Below, piece by piece: positions 1 to 9,328 of a stretch of 64,000 nucleotides of DNA. The notes under the pieces are model-generated. The model was not told where the DNA came from and did no database searches. It saw only the letters and a list, made by a program, of their open reading frames with translations. Each line of letters begins with the position of its first letter. Within the stretch, counting starts at the first letter, position 1. Made by a program: the position numbers and the translations under genes. The stretch is from an uncultured Synergistales bacterium (lineage in GTDB: Bacteria; Synergistota; Synergistia; Synergistales; JAFGMB01): assembly GCA_964410915.1 (NCBI GenBank), contig CAYPIU010000001.1, positions 84,917 to 148,916 on the forward strand, written 5' to 3'.

Positions 1-1
1 T

Positions 2-676
2 GTAACAACTGGTGCTGGAAGTCCGGGGAAAGTTATTGAAAAACTCAAGCCAGCAGGTACGACAATTATCCCGGTAGTTGCTTCTGTTGCTCTTGCAAGA
101 AGAGCTGAAAAACAGGGAGCAGATGCAGTTATAGCTGAAGGTACGGAGGCCGGAGGCCATGTTGGTGAAATAACAACTATGGTACTGGTCCCACAGATAG
201 TTGACTCAATAGATATTCCTGTCATTGCTGCCGGGGGTATAGCAGATGGCCGGGGATTGATCGCTGCTTTTGCATTAGGAGCTGAAGGTGTTCAAGTTGG
301 GACAAGGTTTGTATGCTGCAATGAATCCACTGTTCATGAAAGCTACAAGAAGAAGTTGCTTTCAGCAAGAGACAGAAGTACAGTAGTTACAGGTCAGTAC
401 ACAGGTCATCCAGTGCGATGCATCAGCAACAAGCTAACAGCCGAACTTGAAAGACTTGAAAAAGAAAATGTACCTGTTTCAGATTTTGAAAAAGCAGGGG
501 CTGGAAGACTAAGAGATGCAGTAGTATCTGGTGATATTGTGTGGGGATCAATAATGGCCGGTCAGTCAGCAGCCCTGGTGAAAAAGGTGCAGCCAGCCAT
601 AGAGATTATTGAGGAAATGTTTAAAGAAGCTTCTGATATTATATCTGATCTTCATACCAGATATTCTGGAGATTAA
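2..676 (+). CDS. fabK: enoyl-[ACP] reductase II, FabK / nitronate-monooxygenase family (5' end lies outside the window)
   Basis: The frame is open from base 2. The translation contains AEGTEAGGHVGE and IPVIAAGGIADGRG (FMN TIM-barrel NPD-type motifs). The gene sits directly upstream of fabD-fabG-acpP-fabF. Confidence 0.8.
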   Translation, partial: VTTGAGSPGKVIEKLKPAGTTIIPVVASVALARRAEKQGADAVIAEGTEAGGHVGEITTMVLVPQIVDSIDIPVIAAGGIADGRGLIAAFALGAEGVQVGTRFVCCNESTVHESYKKKLLSARDRSTVVTGQYTGHPVRCISNKLTAELERLEKENVPVSDFEKAGAGRLRDAVVSGDIVWGSIMAGQSAALVKKVQPAIEIIEEMFKEASDIISDLHTRYSGD

Positions 677-688
677 GGAGTGGTGCCT

Positions 689-1642
689 GTGAATTACAGT
701 TTTGTTTTCCCGGGGCAAGGCTCTCAGGAAGTGGGAATGGGAAGATCACTTTATGATGAATATGATTCAGCAAGAGCTGTCTTTGATTCTGCCGATAAGG
801 CTCTTGGTTTTAGATTAAGTGAGTTCATATTTGAGGGACCGGAAGAGAAACTTCAGGAGACTGAATTTACTCAACCAGCAATACTTACTACCAGCATCGC
901 TGTATATTCCGTTCTGGCTGAAATTACAGGAAGATCTATTCTTAAACCCTCTTTCATGGCGGGTCACAGTCTTGGTGAATATACTGCGCTTGTTGCGTCC
1001 GGAGCGCTATCGCTTGAAGATGGAGTTAAGCTTGTACACCTCAGGGGAAGACTTATGCAGGAAGCTGTACCTATAGGTGAAGGTACCATGGCAGCGATTC
1101 TTGGACTAAATTCTGAAGAAATTGACAGGGTGTGTAAACAGGTTTCCGGTGTAAAGGGATGTCAGGCTGCCAATTACAATTCTCCCGGTCAGACAGTAAT
1201 TTCTGGACATGTTGAAGCAGTGAATGACGCAGTGGAACTCGCAAAGGAAATGGGCGCTCGAAAGGCCGTTCTTCTCAAAGTAAGTGCCCCCTTTCACAGT
1301 TCTTTGATGTTTCCTGTTGCCGAGAAGCTTGAAAAGGCTGCATCAGAGTGTAATTGGAAAATACCTTATGTTCCTGTGGTAGTTAACTATTCCGGTAAGC
1401 CTGTAACTGAGATCTCTGACATCATTTTTGCTCTCAAGGAACAGACCTATAATCCCGTCCTCTGGTCAGCGTCTGTTGATTACATGGTTAACGCAGGAAG
1501 CACAACCTTTATTGAGCTTGGCCCGGGAAAGGTACTTTCAGGTTTGATAAAGAAATGTGTAAAAGGAACAATTGTTATGGCTGGTCAGGATAAAGATAGT
1601 TTAGCCAGGATAAGGGAAAAAGTAGACAGGGAGGGGTCATAA
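689..1642 (+). CDS. fabD: malonyl-CoA:ACP transacylase
   Basis: FVFPGQGSQ and GHSLGEY (active-site Ser) motifs. The track ORF starts at GTG 680, but GTG 689 lies 8 nt after AAGGAG (675-680) and gives MNYSFVFPGQGSQ. Confidence 0.9.
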   Translation: MNYSFVFPGQGSQEVGMGRSLYDEYDSARAVFDSADKALGFRLSEFIFEGPEEKLQETEFTQPAILTTSIAVYSVLAEITGRSILKPSFMAGHSLGEYTALVASGALSLEDGVKLVHLRGRLMQEAVPIGEGTMAAILGLNSEEIDRVCKQVSGVKGCQAANYNSPGQTVISGHVEAVNDAVELAKEMGARKAVLLKVSAPFHSSLMFPVAEKLEKAASECNWKIPYVPVVVNYSGKPVTEISDIIFALKEQTYNPVLWSASVDYMVNAGSTTFIELGPGKVLSGLIKKCVKGTIVMAGQDKDSLARIREKVDREGS

Positions 1643-2389
1643 TTGGAGCAGACTTCCAGAATTGCAGTAGTAACAGGTTCTGGCAGAGGTATTGGTAGAA
1701 GTATTGCCCTCGAACTTGCAGAAAAAGGTCATGATATAGTCATAAACTATTCCAGAAGTGCTGGACCGGCAGAAGAAGTCTGCCATCTTGTTGAAGGCTA
1801 TGGAAGAAGGTCATTGTCAGTAAAAGCGGATGTTTCTGATGTTTCTTCAGTTAAAAATATGTTCAGGATCATATCTGAAGAAATGGGTAATGTTGATATT
1901 CTGGTAAATAATGCTGGAATCACCCGGGATAACCTGCTGATCAGAATGAAAGATGACCAATGGCAGGAAGTCTTGAACTCTAATCTTTCTTCTGTGTATT
2001 ATTGCACCAGGGAAGCAGTCAGGATAATGGTGAAAAAAAAATGGGGAAGAATAATTAATATTGCCTCTGTAGTTGCACTAATAGGCAATCCCGGCCAGGT
2101 TAACTATGTAGCCTCCAAGGCAGGTATAGTTGGATTAACTAAATCCGTGGCCCGGGAATATGCTTCAAAAAATATTACTTCAAATGCAATTGCTCCCGGT
2201 TTTATCGAAACAGATATGACTGCGGTTCTGAAGAATGATGCCAGAGAAGCTCTTATGTCACAGATACCGGCAAAAAGAGCTGGGAAACCTGATGATATTG
2301 CAAAACTTGCAGGATTTCTTGCTTCTGATGATTCTGAGTATATTAATGGACAGGTTATCGCCGTAGATGGCGGAATGACAATGTGTTAA
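1643..2389 (+). CDS. fabG: 3-oxoacyl-[ACP] reductase (SDR family)
   Basis: TGSGRGIG cofactor motif, NNAG, and YxxxK (YVASKAG). Positioned between fabD and acpP. Confidence 0.9.
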   Translation: MEQTSRIAVVTGSGRGIGRSIALELAEKGHDIVINYSRSAGPAEEVCHLVEGYGRRSLSVKADVSDVSSVKNMFRIISEEMGNVDILVNNAGITRDNLLIRMKDDQWQEVLNSNLSSVYYCTREAVRIMVKKKWGRIINIASVVALIGNPGQVNYVASKAGIVGLTKSVAREYASKNITSNAIAPGFIETDMTAVLKNDAREALMSQIPAKRAGKPDDIAKLAGFLASDDSEYINGQVIAVDGGMTMC

Positions 2390-2410
2390 CATTCTCTGGA
2401 GGGAGGTGAA

Positions 2411-2668
2411 GTGAAAGTGAAGAAAGAAGAACTTCTTGGTCGTTTGAAAGAAATTATAATTGACAGACTTGATGTTGAAGGGGAGCAGATAGTTCCTGAA
2501 GCTTCGTTTGTTGAGGATCTTGGTGCAGATTCACTTGATATAGTAGAGCTTATCATGGGAATCGAGGAAGAATTTGATATTGAGATTCCTGATGAGGATG
2601 CAGAGAAACTTACTACAGTTGGAGAGGCTACTAATTACACCCTTAATAAGCTTGGAGTCGAGGAATAA
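2411..2668 (+). CDS. acpP: acyl carrier protein
   Basis: 85 aa, acidic, with DLGADSLD (phosphopantetheine attachment Ser). A GGAGGGAGGTGA Shine-Dalgarno sequence lies just upstream. Confidence 0.9.
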   Translation: MKVKKEELLGRLKEIIIDRLDVEGEQIVPEASFVEDLGADSLDIVELIMGIEEEFDIEIPDEDAEKLTTVGEATNYTLNKLGVEE

Positions 2669-2700
2669 ACTCCTTTTGTATTTCCTTTGTTAACTATTGA

Positions 2701-2722
2701 GGGGAAGGAGATATCCTTCCCC
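2701..2722 (+). terminator. GC-rich hairpin after acpP (attenuator or partial terminator within the fab cluster)
   Basis: GGGGAAGGA-gata-TCCTTCCCC: a perfect 9-bp stem with a 4-nt loop, 33 nt after the acpP stop. No strong T-run follows. Confidence 0.4.
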
Positions 2723-2800
2723 GATTTAACTGATTCTAAGTTCGGGCAGGAAAGATATAGATAACAGTCGATGGCTCCCTGTCCATAAGGAGTGAATAAT

Positions 2801-4039
2801 TTGCGAAGAGTGGTAATAACAGGGCTTGGACCGGTGAGCCCTATTGGTAATGGGAAAGAAACCTACTGGAAGGCCTTAAAAGAAGGCAGGAACGGTATTG
2901 CACCTATAAAACAATTTGACGTAGAGGGATATCCAGTAACCTTTGGAGCAGAAGCCGATGATTTTGATCCTACCAGGTGGTTAGACAAGAAAGAAGTCAG
3001 GCGTTCAGACAGGGTTATACATTTTGCTGTCGCAGCTGCTGATCTTGCAGTAAAAGACGCTGCCCTTGAAGTTTCAGACGTGGATCCATATCGATTTGGC
3101 GTATATATCGGGAGCGGTCAGGGTGGAATAGAGACAAGCTTTCAAAACTTCAAGCTTCTCATGGAGAAAGGGCCAAACAGAGTTAGTCCCTTCTTCATTC
3201 CTATGATGATAAGCAATATGTCAGCAGCATACGTAGCATTGAAACATGGTGCAAAGGGACCTAATCTTTGTGTTGTTACAGCATGTGCTACTTCAATTAA
3301 TACAATGGGAGAAGCTTATCATACTATCCTTCGGGATGATGCCGACATTATTCTCGCCGGTGGTTCCGAAGCTGCCTTGAGATCAATAGGGATAGCCGGT
3401 TTCGCTGCCATGAAAGCTCTTTCAACAAGAAATGATGATCCTGAACACGCATCGCGTCCTTTTGATCTGGATCGCGATGGTTTCATAATGGGCGAGGGGT
3501 CAGGTGTTCTTGTAATGGAAGAAATGGAACATGCTCTAAAACGAGGGGCAAAGATCTATGCTGAGGTAGTAGGTTATGGATCTACATGCGATGCATGTCA
3601 CATAACTGCGCCGGATCCGGAAGGTGATGGTGCAGTGAGAGCTATCAGCATGGCAGTTAAACAGGCTGATTGGGGATATGATCAAGTTGATCTAATCAAT
3701 GCCCACGGTACTTCAACAAGACTAAATGATAAAGTGGAGTCTCTCGCGATCAGAAAAGTCTTTGAAGAAAATACAGAAAATATACTCATAAATTCAACCA
3801 AGTCAATGATAGGACATTGTCTTGGTGCTGCGGGGGCTCTTGAAACTATTGCCGCTATACAATCTATTGAGGAAGGGACTGTACATCCCACAATCAATTA
3901 CCAGACACCTGATCCCGAATGTAATATACCGGTTGTCGGACAGGAATACCTAACCAGAGATGTTAAAAATGTATTGATAAACAGCTTTGGTTTTGGGGGC
4001 CACAATGGGGTTTTGGCTATCGAAAGATTCACGGAGTAA
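2801..4039 (+). CDS. fabF: 3-oxoacyl-[ACP] synthase II
   Basis: RRVVITGLG N-terminus, an active-site Cys in VVTACATS, and HGTST / GHCLGAAG motifs. TTG 2801 lies 8 nt after AAGGAG (2787-2792). The track start GTG 2792 overlaps that Shine-Dalgarno sequence. Confidence 0.9.
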   Translation: MRRVVITGLGPVSPIGNGKETYWKALKEGRNGIAPIKQFDVEGYPVTFGAEADDFDPTRWLDKKEVRRSDRVIHFAVAAADLAVKDAALEVSDVDPYRFGVYIGSGQGGIETSFQNFKLLMEKGPNRVSPFFIPMMISNMSAAYVALKHGAKGPNLCVVTACATSINTMGEAYHTILRDDADIILAGGSEAALRSIGIAGFAAMKALSTRNDDPEHASRPFDLDRDGFIMGEGSGVLVMEEMEHALKRGAKIYAEVVGYGSTCDACHITAPDPEGDGAVRAISMAVKQADWGYDQVDLINAHGTSTRLNDKVESLAIRKVFEENTENILINSTKSMIGHCLGAAGALETIAAIQSIEEGTVHPTINYQTPDPECNIPVVGQEYLTRDVKNVLINSFGFGGHNGVLAIERFTE

Positions 4040-4045
4040 TTTATC

Positions 4046-4786
4046 TTGAACAAAGAACAGCTTGAGTGGTGGGAAGGACAACTTGATCTTCTGCAGACAA
4101 AACTCGGCTATTTCTTTAAAGATATCAAGTATCTTAAGGAAGCTCTGACTCATTCTTCTTTTACCAATGAGTCAGGGCTTCCTTACTCTAATGAAAGACT
4201 CGAATTTCTTGGTGACGCCGTACTGGAGTTACATATTTCGGATAATCTTTTTCGAAATTTCCCGGAGATGGATGAAGGGGATTTGACCAGAATGAGGTCA
4301 CAAATGGTATGTAATCAATCCCTGCTTCCCTGGGCAGGATATCTTGGGATACCAGGAATATTGAGACTTGGCAAAGGTTTAGCTAAAAAACGCGACTTGG
4401 AGGCCCTTTCATCTTTTGAATCGATCTTTGCAGATGCTTCAGAGGCTGTTTTTGGCGCTGTTTTCCATGAAGGAGGTTTTTTCTCCTCTGAAAGAGTGAC
4501 AAAAGCATATATCGAGTTTTGTATAAACAGATCCAATGGCCCAATGACTCGGATATCGGATCCAAAATCACTTTTACAGATAAAGGCTCAAAAACTTGGT
4601 CTCGGACATCCTGTTTATAACATAATATCAACAAGGGGCTCTTCCCATGATCCTCTTTTCAGAGTTCAGGTCTTTATTGGAAATATAACGCTTTCAACTG
4701 GAGAGGGAACTTCTAGAAAAGAGGCTGAATTCCAGGCAGCCAGAAATGGTCTTGAAACTTTTGCAGAGTATTTCCCTGTTGAGTGA
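4046..4786 (+). CDS. rnc: ribonuclease III
   Basis: ERLEFLGDAVL RNase III signature plus a C-terminal dsRBD-like segment (GEGTSRKEAEFQAA). TTG start. Confidence 0.9.
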   Translation: MNKEQLEWWEGQLDLLQTKLGYFFKDIKYLKEALTHSSFTNESGLPYSNERLEFLGDAVLELHISDNLFRNFPEMDEGDLTRMRSQMVCNQSLLPWAGYLGIPGILRLGKGLAKKRDLEALSSFESIFADASEAVFGAVFHEGGFFSSERVTKAYIEFCINRSNGPMTRISDPKSLLQIKAQKLGLGHPVYNIISTRGSSHDPLFRVQVFIGNITLSTGEGTSRKEAEFQAARNGLETFAEYFPVE

Positions 4787-4828
4787 ATCGAATTCTGGCG
4801 ATAACGGGACTTCATAAAATTAAGGAGA

Positions 4829-5557
4829 TTGGTAAATTTGGAGAATTCAAAAGAGAAAAACATTATTCTTGCGCTTGATACTCACTCTCTGAATGATGCT
4901 TTCAGAATACTTGATCTGGCAGGGGATGATCTGAAATATGTTAAAGTTGGCTATAGATTGTATTTTCTTGGCGGTATTGACTTTATTTCAAAGCTTCAGT
5001 CCAGGGGATACTGTGTTTTTCTGGATCTGAAGTTGCATGATATTCCAAATACGGTCAGTATTGCACTTGAGCCTTTGATGGACATGGGGTTGTGGTCAAT
5101 TACCCTTCATTCAGCAGGCGGCAGAGCTATGCTTGAACAGGCTGCAGCAGCAAGGAACAGAAGTGGGACTAAAACAAAACTGTTTGGTGTAACAGTACTT
5201 ACCAGCCATTCTGATATTTCCTGGCAGGAAGTTAATCCTGGTGCTTCTATATCTTCTACACTTCTTTCAAGAGCTGTTTTATGTGAAAACTGCGGACTGG
5301 ATGGTCTTGTCTGTGCCCCTTCAGACCTCCCTTTACTGGATTCCAGTGTAAGTAGAGATCTTGACAGAATTGTCCCCGGAATAAGGCTTAAGGATACTAC
5401 CGATGATCAGCAACGTTCAAAAAGCCCATTTGATGCAATAAAAGATGGAGCTGACTATCTTGTTGTTGGTAGACCCGTATTGAATTCACCATCGCCAGGT
5501 AATGTAATACAAACAATCAGAAATCAGATAAGAGAGGCTGAAAATGAAATCTTATAA
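4829..5557 (+). CDS. pyrF: orotidine-5'-phosphate decarboxylase
   Basis: ILALD...KVG...LDLKLHDIPNT and VVGRP motifs. The start may be TTG 4838, which lies 9 nt after AAGGAGA, rather than TTG 4829. Confidence 0.85.
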   Translation: MVNLENSKEKNIILALDTHSLNDAFRILDLAGDDLKYVKVGYRLYFLGGIDFISKLQSRGYCVFLDLKLHDIPNTVSIALEPLMDMGLWSITLHSAGGRAMLEQAAAARNRSGTKTKLFGVTVLTSHSDISWQEVNPGASISSTLLSRAVLCENCGLDGLVCAPSDLPLLDSSVSRDLDRIVPGIRLKDTTDDQQRSKSPFDAIKDGADYLVVGRPVLNSPSPGNVIQTIRNQIREAENEIL

Positions 5558-6131
5558 GATAGAAGAAAAACTAAAAAAAATGCTTGGGGACAGTGGTGCA
5601 CTTCTGCATGGACACTTCCTTCTTACTTCAGGATTGCACAGTGAATATTACCTTCAATGTGCTCTTCTTTTACGTTATCCTGAGTATGCTTCTTTTGCAG
5701 GTAAAGAGATAGCTTCCATGTTTAAAGGTTCAAATATTGATATCGTTGCAGCTCCTGCAATCGGGGGATTGATAATTGGACATGAAGTGGCAAAGGAACT
5801 TAAAGTTCCATTTATCTTCTATGAAAGAGAAAACGGCAGGATGAAATTAAGAAGGTTCCCCGAACCCCGGGGTAAAAATGTTCTGGTTATTGAAGACGTT
5901 ATAACTACAGGAAGTTCTGTCAAAGAAGTTGGTGACATGATCATAGCTGCAGGCGCTCAATGGATAGCTACTTCATGTATCGTTGACAGAAGTCAAGGGG
6001 ATCATTTGCTTGAATCACCTCCTATTTCCCTCATGCGGGTTTCATTCCCTGTATACGAACCTTCGGAATGCCCTTTGTGCAAATCTCAGGTATCTCTTGT
6101 TAAACCGGGAAGCAGGGACTTCAACAAATAG
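5544..6131 (+). CDS. pyrE: orotate phosphoribosyltransferase
   Basis: PRPP-binding motif VLVIEDVITTGSS. Overlaps pyrF by 14 nt. Confidence 0.85.
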   Translation: MKSYKIEEKLKKMLGDSGALLHGHFLLTSGLHSEYYLQCALLLRYPEYASFAGKEIASMFKGSNIDIVAAPAIGGLIIGHEVAKELKVPFIFYERENGRMKLRRFPEPRGKNVLVIEDVITTGSSVKEVGDMIIAAGAQWIATSCIVDRSQGDHLLESPPISLMRVSFPVYEPSECPLCKSQVSLVKPGSRDFNK

Positions 6132-6185
6132 TGTTGAATTAGTATAACCACTACTTAAGTAACTATCTATTTAAAGGGATGGTAA

Positions 6186-7046
6186 ATTCTGATAAAACGG
6201 TTAATTCAAATCTTAATCATAATCTTTTTTGTAATTTATTTTACTTTTTCTGAAGGTCAAGCATCCAAGTCTCCAGCCGAAAAGATCTGGAGTGTAACTC
6301 CCTGTCTTGGGATGGTAACTTCCTTTATTGGCGGTGTACATGTAGATGTTGAGAGTCTGACTGTACGAGTAAATGATGATCTGGTCCTAAGCAATGATCT
6401 CAATGCTTACGAGGGAGATATTGATATAATTGCTCTTGACTTCAAAGAAGCGGGTTCTATGGGATTCAGGGATGATAACACTACAAATATTCATTTCCTG
6501 TATAAAAATATTCCTGTACCCAGAGACAGTGTTAACTCTCTGTTTTATGATCCTGCTGCTCTTCCTTTCATTGGGCAGAAGGTTATGAATGTTCTTGCCG
6601 AACTTCAGCCATTTAATTACCCATATTTTCAGAGAAAGCTTGCAGAATTCAGAACGAGACTCCAGAGCACGGTTCTTGTAGGAAGAAAACTCCTTGAAGG
6701 TGTCAAGATCTTTAATGTTTCCATGCACGGGAAATATCTTCTCCAGGCTGCTGGTTGCGAAATAAAGGATGTTCCCGAGAACTTCTTTGAAATGATCGAA
6801 TCCCCTGAAAGTATTGATTATTATATAGAGATCTTTTCGCAGAGTCAGGAGAATGGGTTGTTGGCAGTTGCCGACGTATGGACACCGAAACCCATTAAAG
6901 ATCTTATACAGGAAGATAATTATGGGATCATACTTCCTGAACCCCGGCTTGAAAACGAAATTATTCTTTATTTACATCAACAGTATCTATCAGTCTGGGA
7001 TGAAATGCGGCAGAAAGATTTCTCCCGGAATTCCAAAAGAGATTAA
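6186..7046 (+). CDS. hypothetical exported protein (weak, unverified resemblance to ZnuA/TroA-type solute-binding proteins); probable non-canonical ATT start
   Basis: The frame is open from TAA 6183-6185. Codons 6186-6311 encode (I)LIKRLIQILIIIFFVIYFTFSEGQAS, which looks like a signal peptide. The first canonical start in frame is ATG 6312. AAGGGA lies 6 nt upstream of ATT 6186. Confidence 0.5.
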   Translation: MLIKRLIQILIIIFFVIYFTFSEGQASKSPAEKIWSVTPCLGMVTSFIGGVHVDVESLTVRVNDDLVLSNDLNAYEGDIDIIALDFKEAGSMGFRDDNTTNIHFLYKNIPVPRDSVNSLFYDPAALPFIGQKVMNVLAELQPFNYPYFQRKLAEFRTRLQSTVLVGRKLLEGVKIFNVSMHGKYLLQAAGCEIKDVPENFFEMIESPESIDYYIEIFSQSQENGLLAVADVWTPKPIKDLIQEDNYGIILPEPRLENEIILYLHQQYLSVWDEMRQKDFSRNSKRD

Positions 7047-7114
7047 TCTGCCGCCTATGCGGTAAGTTTCCTTCAAACTGATCGATGATATTCAACAGAG
7101 AAAGTACCGGGAAT

Positions 7115-8155
7115 TTATTTGTCAAGTTGAATATTCCCGTTACCCTTAAGGAAATGACCTATTACACACGAAGAGCTGAATCCTGTTTGTCTAAGTTTAT
7201 GAAGAGTTTCCGATGCATTTTCCTCGGGTAATGACAATAGAAGACCACCTGAAGTCTGAGCGTCAAAAACCATGTCTGTGAGACTTTCTGGAAAGGCATC
7301 CCTGTTCATAACCCTATCTTCATATTGAATACGGTTATTGTAGGTTCCTGCAGGAAGGAGGCCCATTTCTGCAAGATCTATCGTACCAGGAAGGAGAGGA
7401 ATATTTTCAAGGTTCATCGAAAAATCAAGCTCCCCATCTGACAACATATCAAGTAAATGTCCCGCCAGTCCAAAACCGGTTACATCTGTACAGGCCTTAA
7501 CATTGCGCAGAAGATCTTCATTAAGCTTCAAGGGTACGTCATTTAAAGTAGACATCCATTTTTCAGCTTCCTCAGGTCCGGAAGGATCTTCTACCATATC
7601 TGCTTTTATGGCTGTTGATATTACACCCGTGCCAATGGGTTTAGTAAGAATAAGAACATCGCCTGCTTCAGAGCCTGTAACTTTCCACATTCTCGACAAT
7701 TCAACCTCACCGTAAACACTCAAGCCATATTTAGGTTCTTCATCCTCAACGCTATGTCCGCCGACAAGAAATGCGCCCGCTTCCGAGACTTTTCTATGTC
7801 CTCCCCGTAGGATCTTTTCAAGGATATCAAGACCTAACGTCTTGATGGGAAATCCCACGATGTTAAGGGCTACAAAGGGCTTCCCTCCCATTGCAAAGAT
7901 GTCACTTATTGCATTGGCAGCAGCTATCTCTCCCCATTTCTCAGGGTTATCAACAATAGGAGTAACAAAATCAAGGGTTAAAACACCAGCCCTGAAATCA
8001 TCTATAGTCCACATTGCAGCATCCTCCCCTGAAATCCAGCTGGATAAAAGTCTTTCATGGGACGCATGGGGAATATTCTGAAGTGCTTTTTCAAGGTCCG
8101 CCGGACCTATTTTAGCTGCTCACCCGCTAGTTCGGGCCATTTCCGTAAGTCTGAT
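7115..8155 (-). CDS. selD: selenide, water dikinase (selenophosphate synthetase), selenocysteine-containing form
   Basis: The track ORF (7115-8014) is the C-terminal part. The same frame continues upstream as (I)RLTEMARTSG-TGA-AAKIGPADLEKALQNIPHASHERLLSSWISGEDAAMWTIDD. That places the UGA (8122-8120) exactly at the SelD Gly-Sec/Cys-x-x-Lys active-site position. AGGAGGTGG (8170-8162) lies 6 nt before ATC 8155. Confidence 0.85.
8094..8108 (-). promoter_or_regulatory. candidate bacterial SECIS hairpin of selD
   Basis: On the mRNA the sequence is UGA + 11 nt + AGGUCC-GGC-GGACCU, a 6-bp G/C-rich stem with a G-rich apical loop. Confidence 0.5.
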
Positions 8156-8211
8156 AACAGGCCACCTCCTTATATAAGGTTATATCAATTATAACATATA
8201 ATAATAGTTGT

Positions 8212-9207
8212 CTACTGTAAAGGTGCATGTATAACATCCCCGACAGAAAATGTTTGTGTGTTGCCTTCTGCGTTTTCGAGGATCAATTCTCCTTTGGATG
8301 TTATACCAGTAGCTGTACCAGAATAGGTTTCATTTTCTGTAAGAATACTTACGGATCTACCAATGGTCGAACATTCATGGGAATAACTTTCTATTATCTC
8401 TTCCGAACCTTTCTGTTCAAAAATCGATAATATTGATGAAAAGTATGTAAGTATTTCCGCAATCAGCTTAGATGAATTAATATATTTCCCGGTTATTTCC
8501 TTCAGTGTAACAATGTTTCTATGCAATTCATTGGATAAGTAGATCCTTTCGGTATTTACATTAATACCTATGCCTGTTACAACATAATGGACCATATCAG
8601 TTTCCATTGATGCTTCAGAAAGGATGCCGCAAAGTTTTGCTTCTTTATAAAGAATATCATTTGGCCATTTGAGGTCACATTTAATTCCTGTTACTGATTT
8701 TATTGCATTTACCACTGCCATAGCTGTTACGAGATTTAATATCTGGATCCTGGAAGGTTCTATACGGGGCCTTGTTATTATCGACATGTATATACCGTTG
8801 TCTGGAGAGATCCAGGTCCGATTCTTCCTTCCACGTCCGGAAAGCTGTTTACCAGCTATTACTGTAGCACCAGCACCTATTCCTTTTTTAGCGAGTTGTT
8901 TTGCTTCAGTCTGAGTGGAATATATGGAATCATGGTAGATGATATTTTCACCCCATGGACACCTGTCGTTGATACTTGCGGCTATGTATGAAACAGAGAC
9001 ATCTGGTGGTAATTCGGAAAGGGTATAACCCTTATGAGGTATTGAATCTATTTTGAAACCCTCTGATCTGAGGTTTTCAATTGTTTTCCAGACCGACTGT
9101 CTTGTGGTACGGGACAGAGAAGACAAGACAGCACTTGAGACAATTGATCCACTATGTTTCAATAATGCTCTAAGGATAGTGGTCTTCGTGTGATTTGTCT
9201 TATGCAT
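8212..9207 (-). CDS. birA: bifunctional biotin-[acetyl-CoA-carboxylase] ligase / biotin operon repressor
   Basis: N-terminal wHTH (ILRALLKHSGSIVSSAVLSSLSRTTRQSVWKTIENLRSEGF) and the ligase motif GRGRKNRTW. ATG 9207 is preceded by AAGGAGAG. The 40 upstream codons in the track ORF overlap prfB and look spurious. Confidence 0.85.
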   Translation of the reverse strand: MHKTNHTKTTILRALLKHSGSIVSSAVLSSLSRTTRQSVWKTIENLRSEGFKIDSIPHKGYTLSELPPDVSVSYIAASINDRCPWGENIIYHDSIYSTQTEAKQLAKKGIGAGATVIAGKQLSGRGRKNRTWISPDNGIYMSIITRPRIEPSRIQILNLVTAMAVVNAIKSVTGIKCDLKWPNDILYKEAKLCGILSEASMETDMVHYVVTGIGINVNTERIYLSNELHRNIVTLKEITGKYINSSKLIAEILTYFSSILSIFEQKGSEEIIESYSHECSTIGRSVSILTENETYSGTATGITSKGELILENAEGNTQTFSVGDVIHAPLQ

Positions 9208-9328
9208 TTTTTCTCTATCTCTCCTTTCTTGATCAGTAACGATGATATAATGAAAGTTCTTTGGACACAATGTTTTACAGGCAACATATATTGGAGGTTT
9301 ACATATGGTAGGAATAAATAACAACAAT

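Noticed and set aside
6179-6253. A 24-codon ORF (MVNSDKTVNSNLNHNLFCNLFYFF) starting at the only ATG near the SD upstream of the exported-protein gene.
   Set aside because: It is out of frame with the downstream gene and has no recognisable features. It is kept only as an alternative explanation (an indel) in the finding at 6174-6314.
9208-9327. A 40-codon upstream extension of birA in the ORF track.
   Set aside because: It overlaps the prfB start and frameshift region on the other strand. ATG 9207 has its own AAGGAGAG SD and yields the expected wHTH N-terminus.
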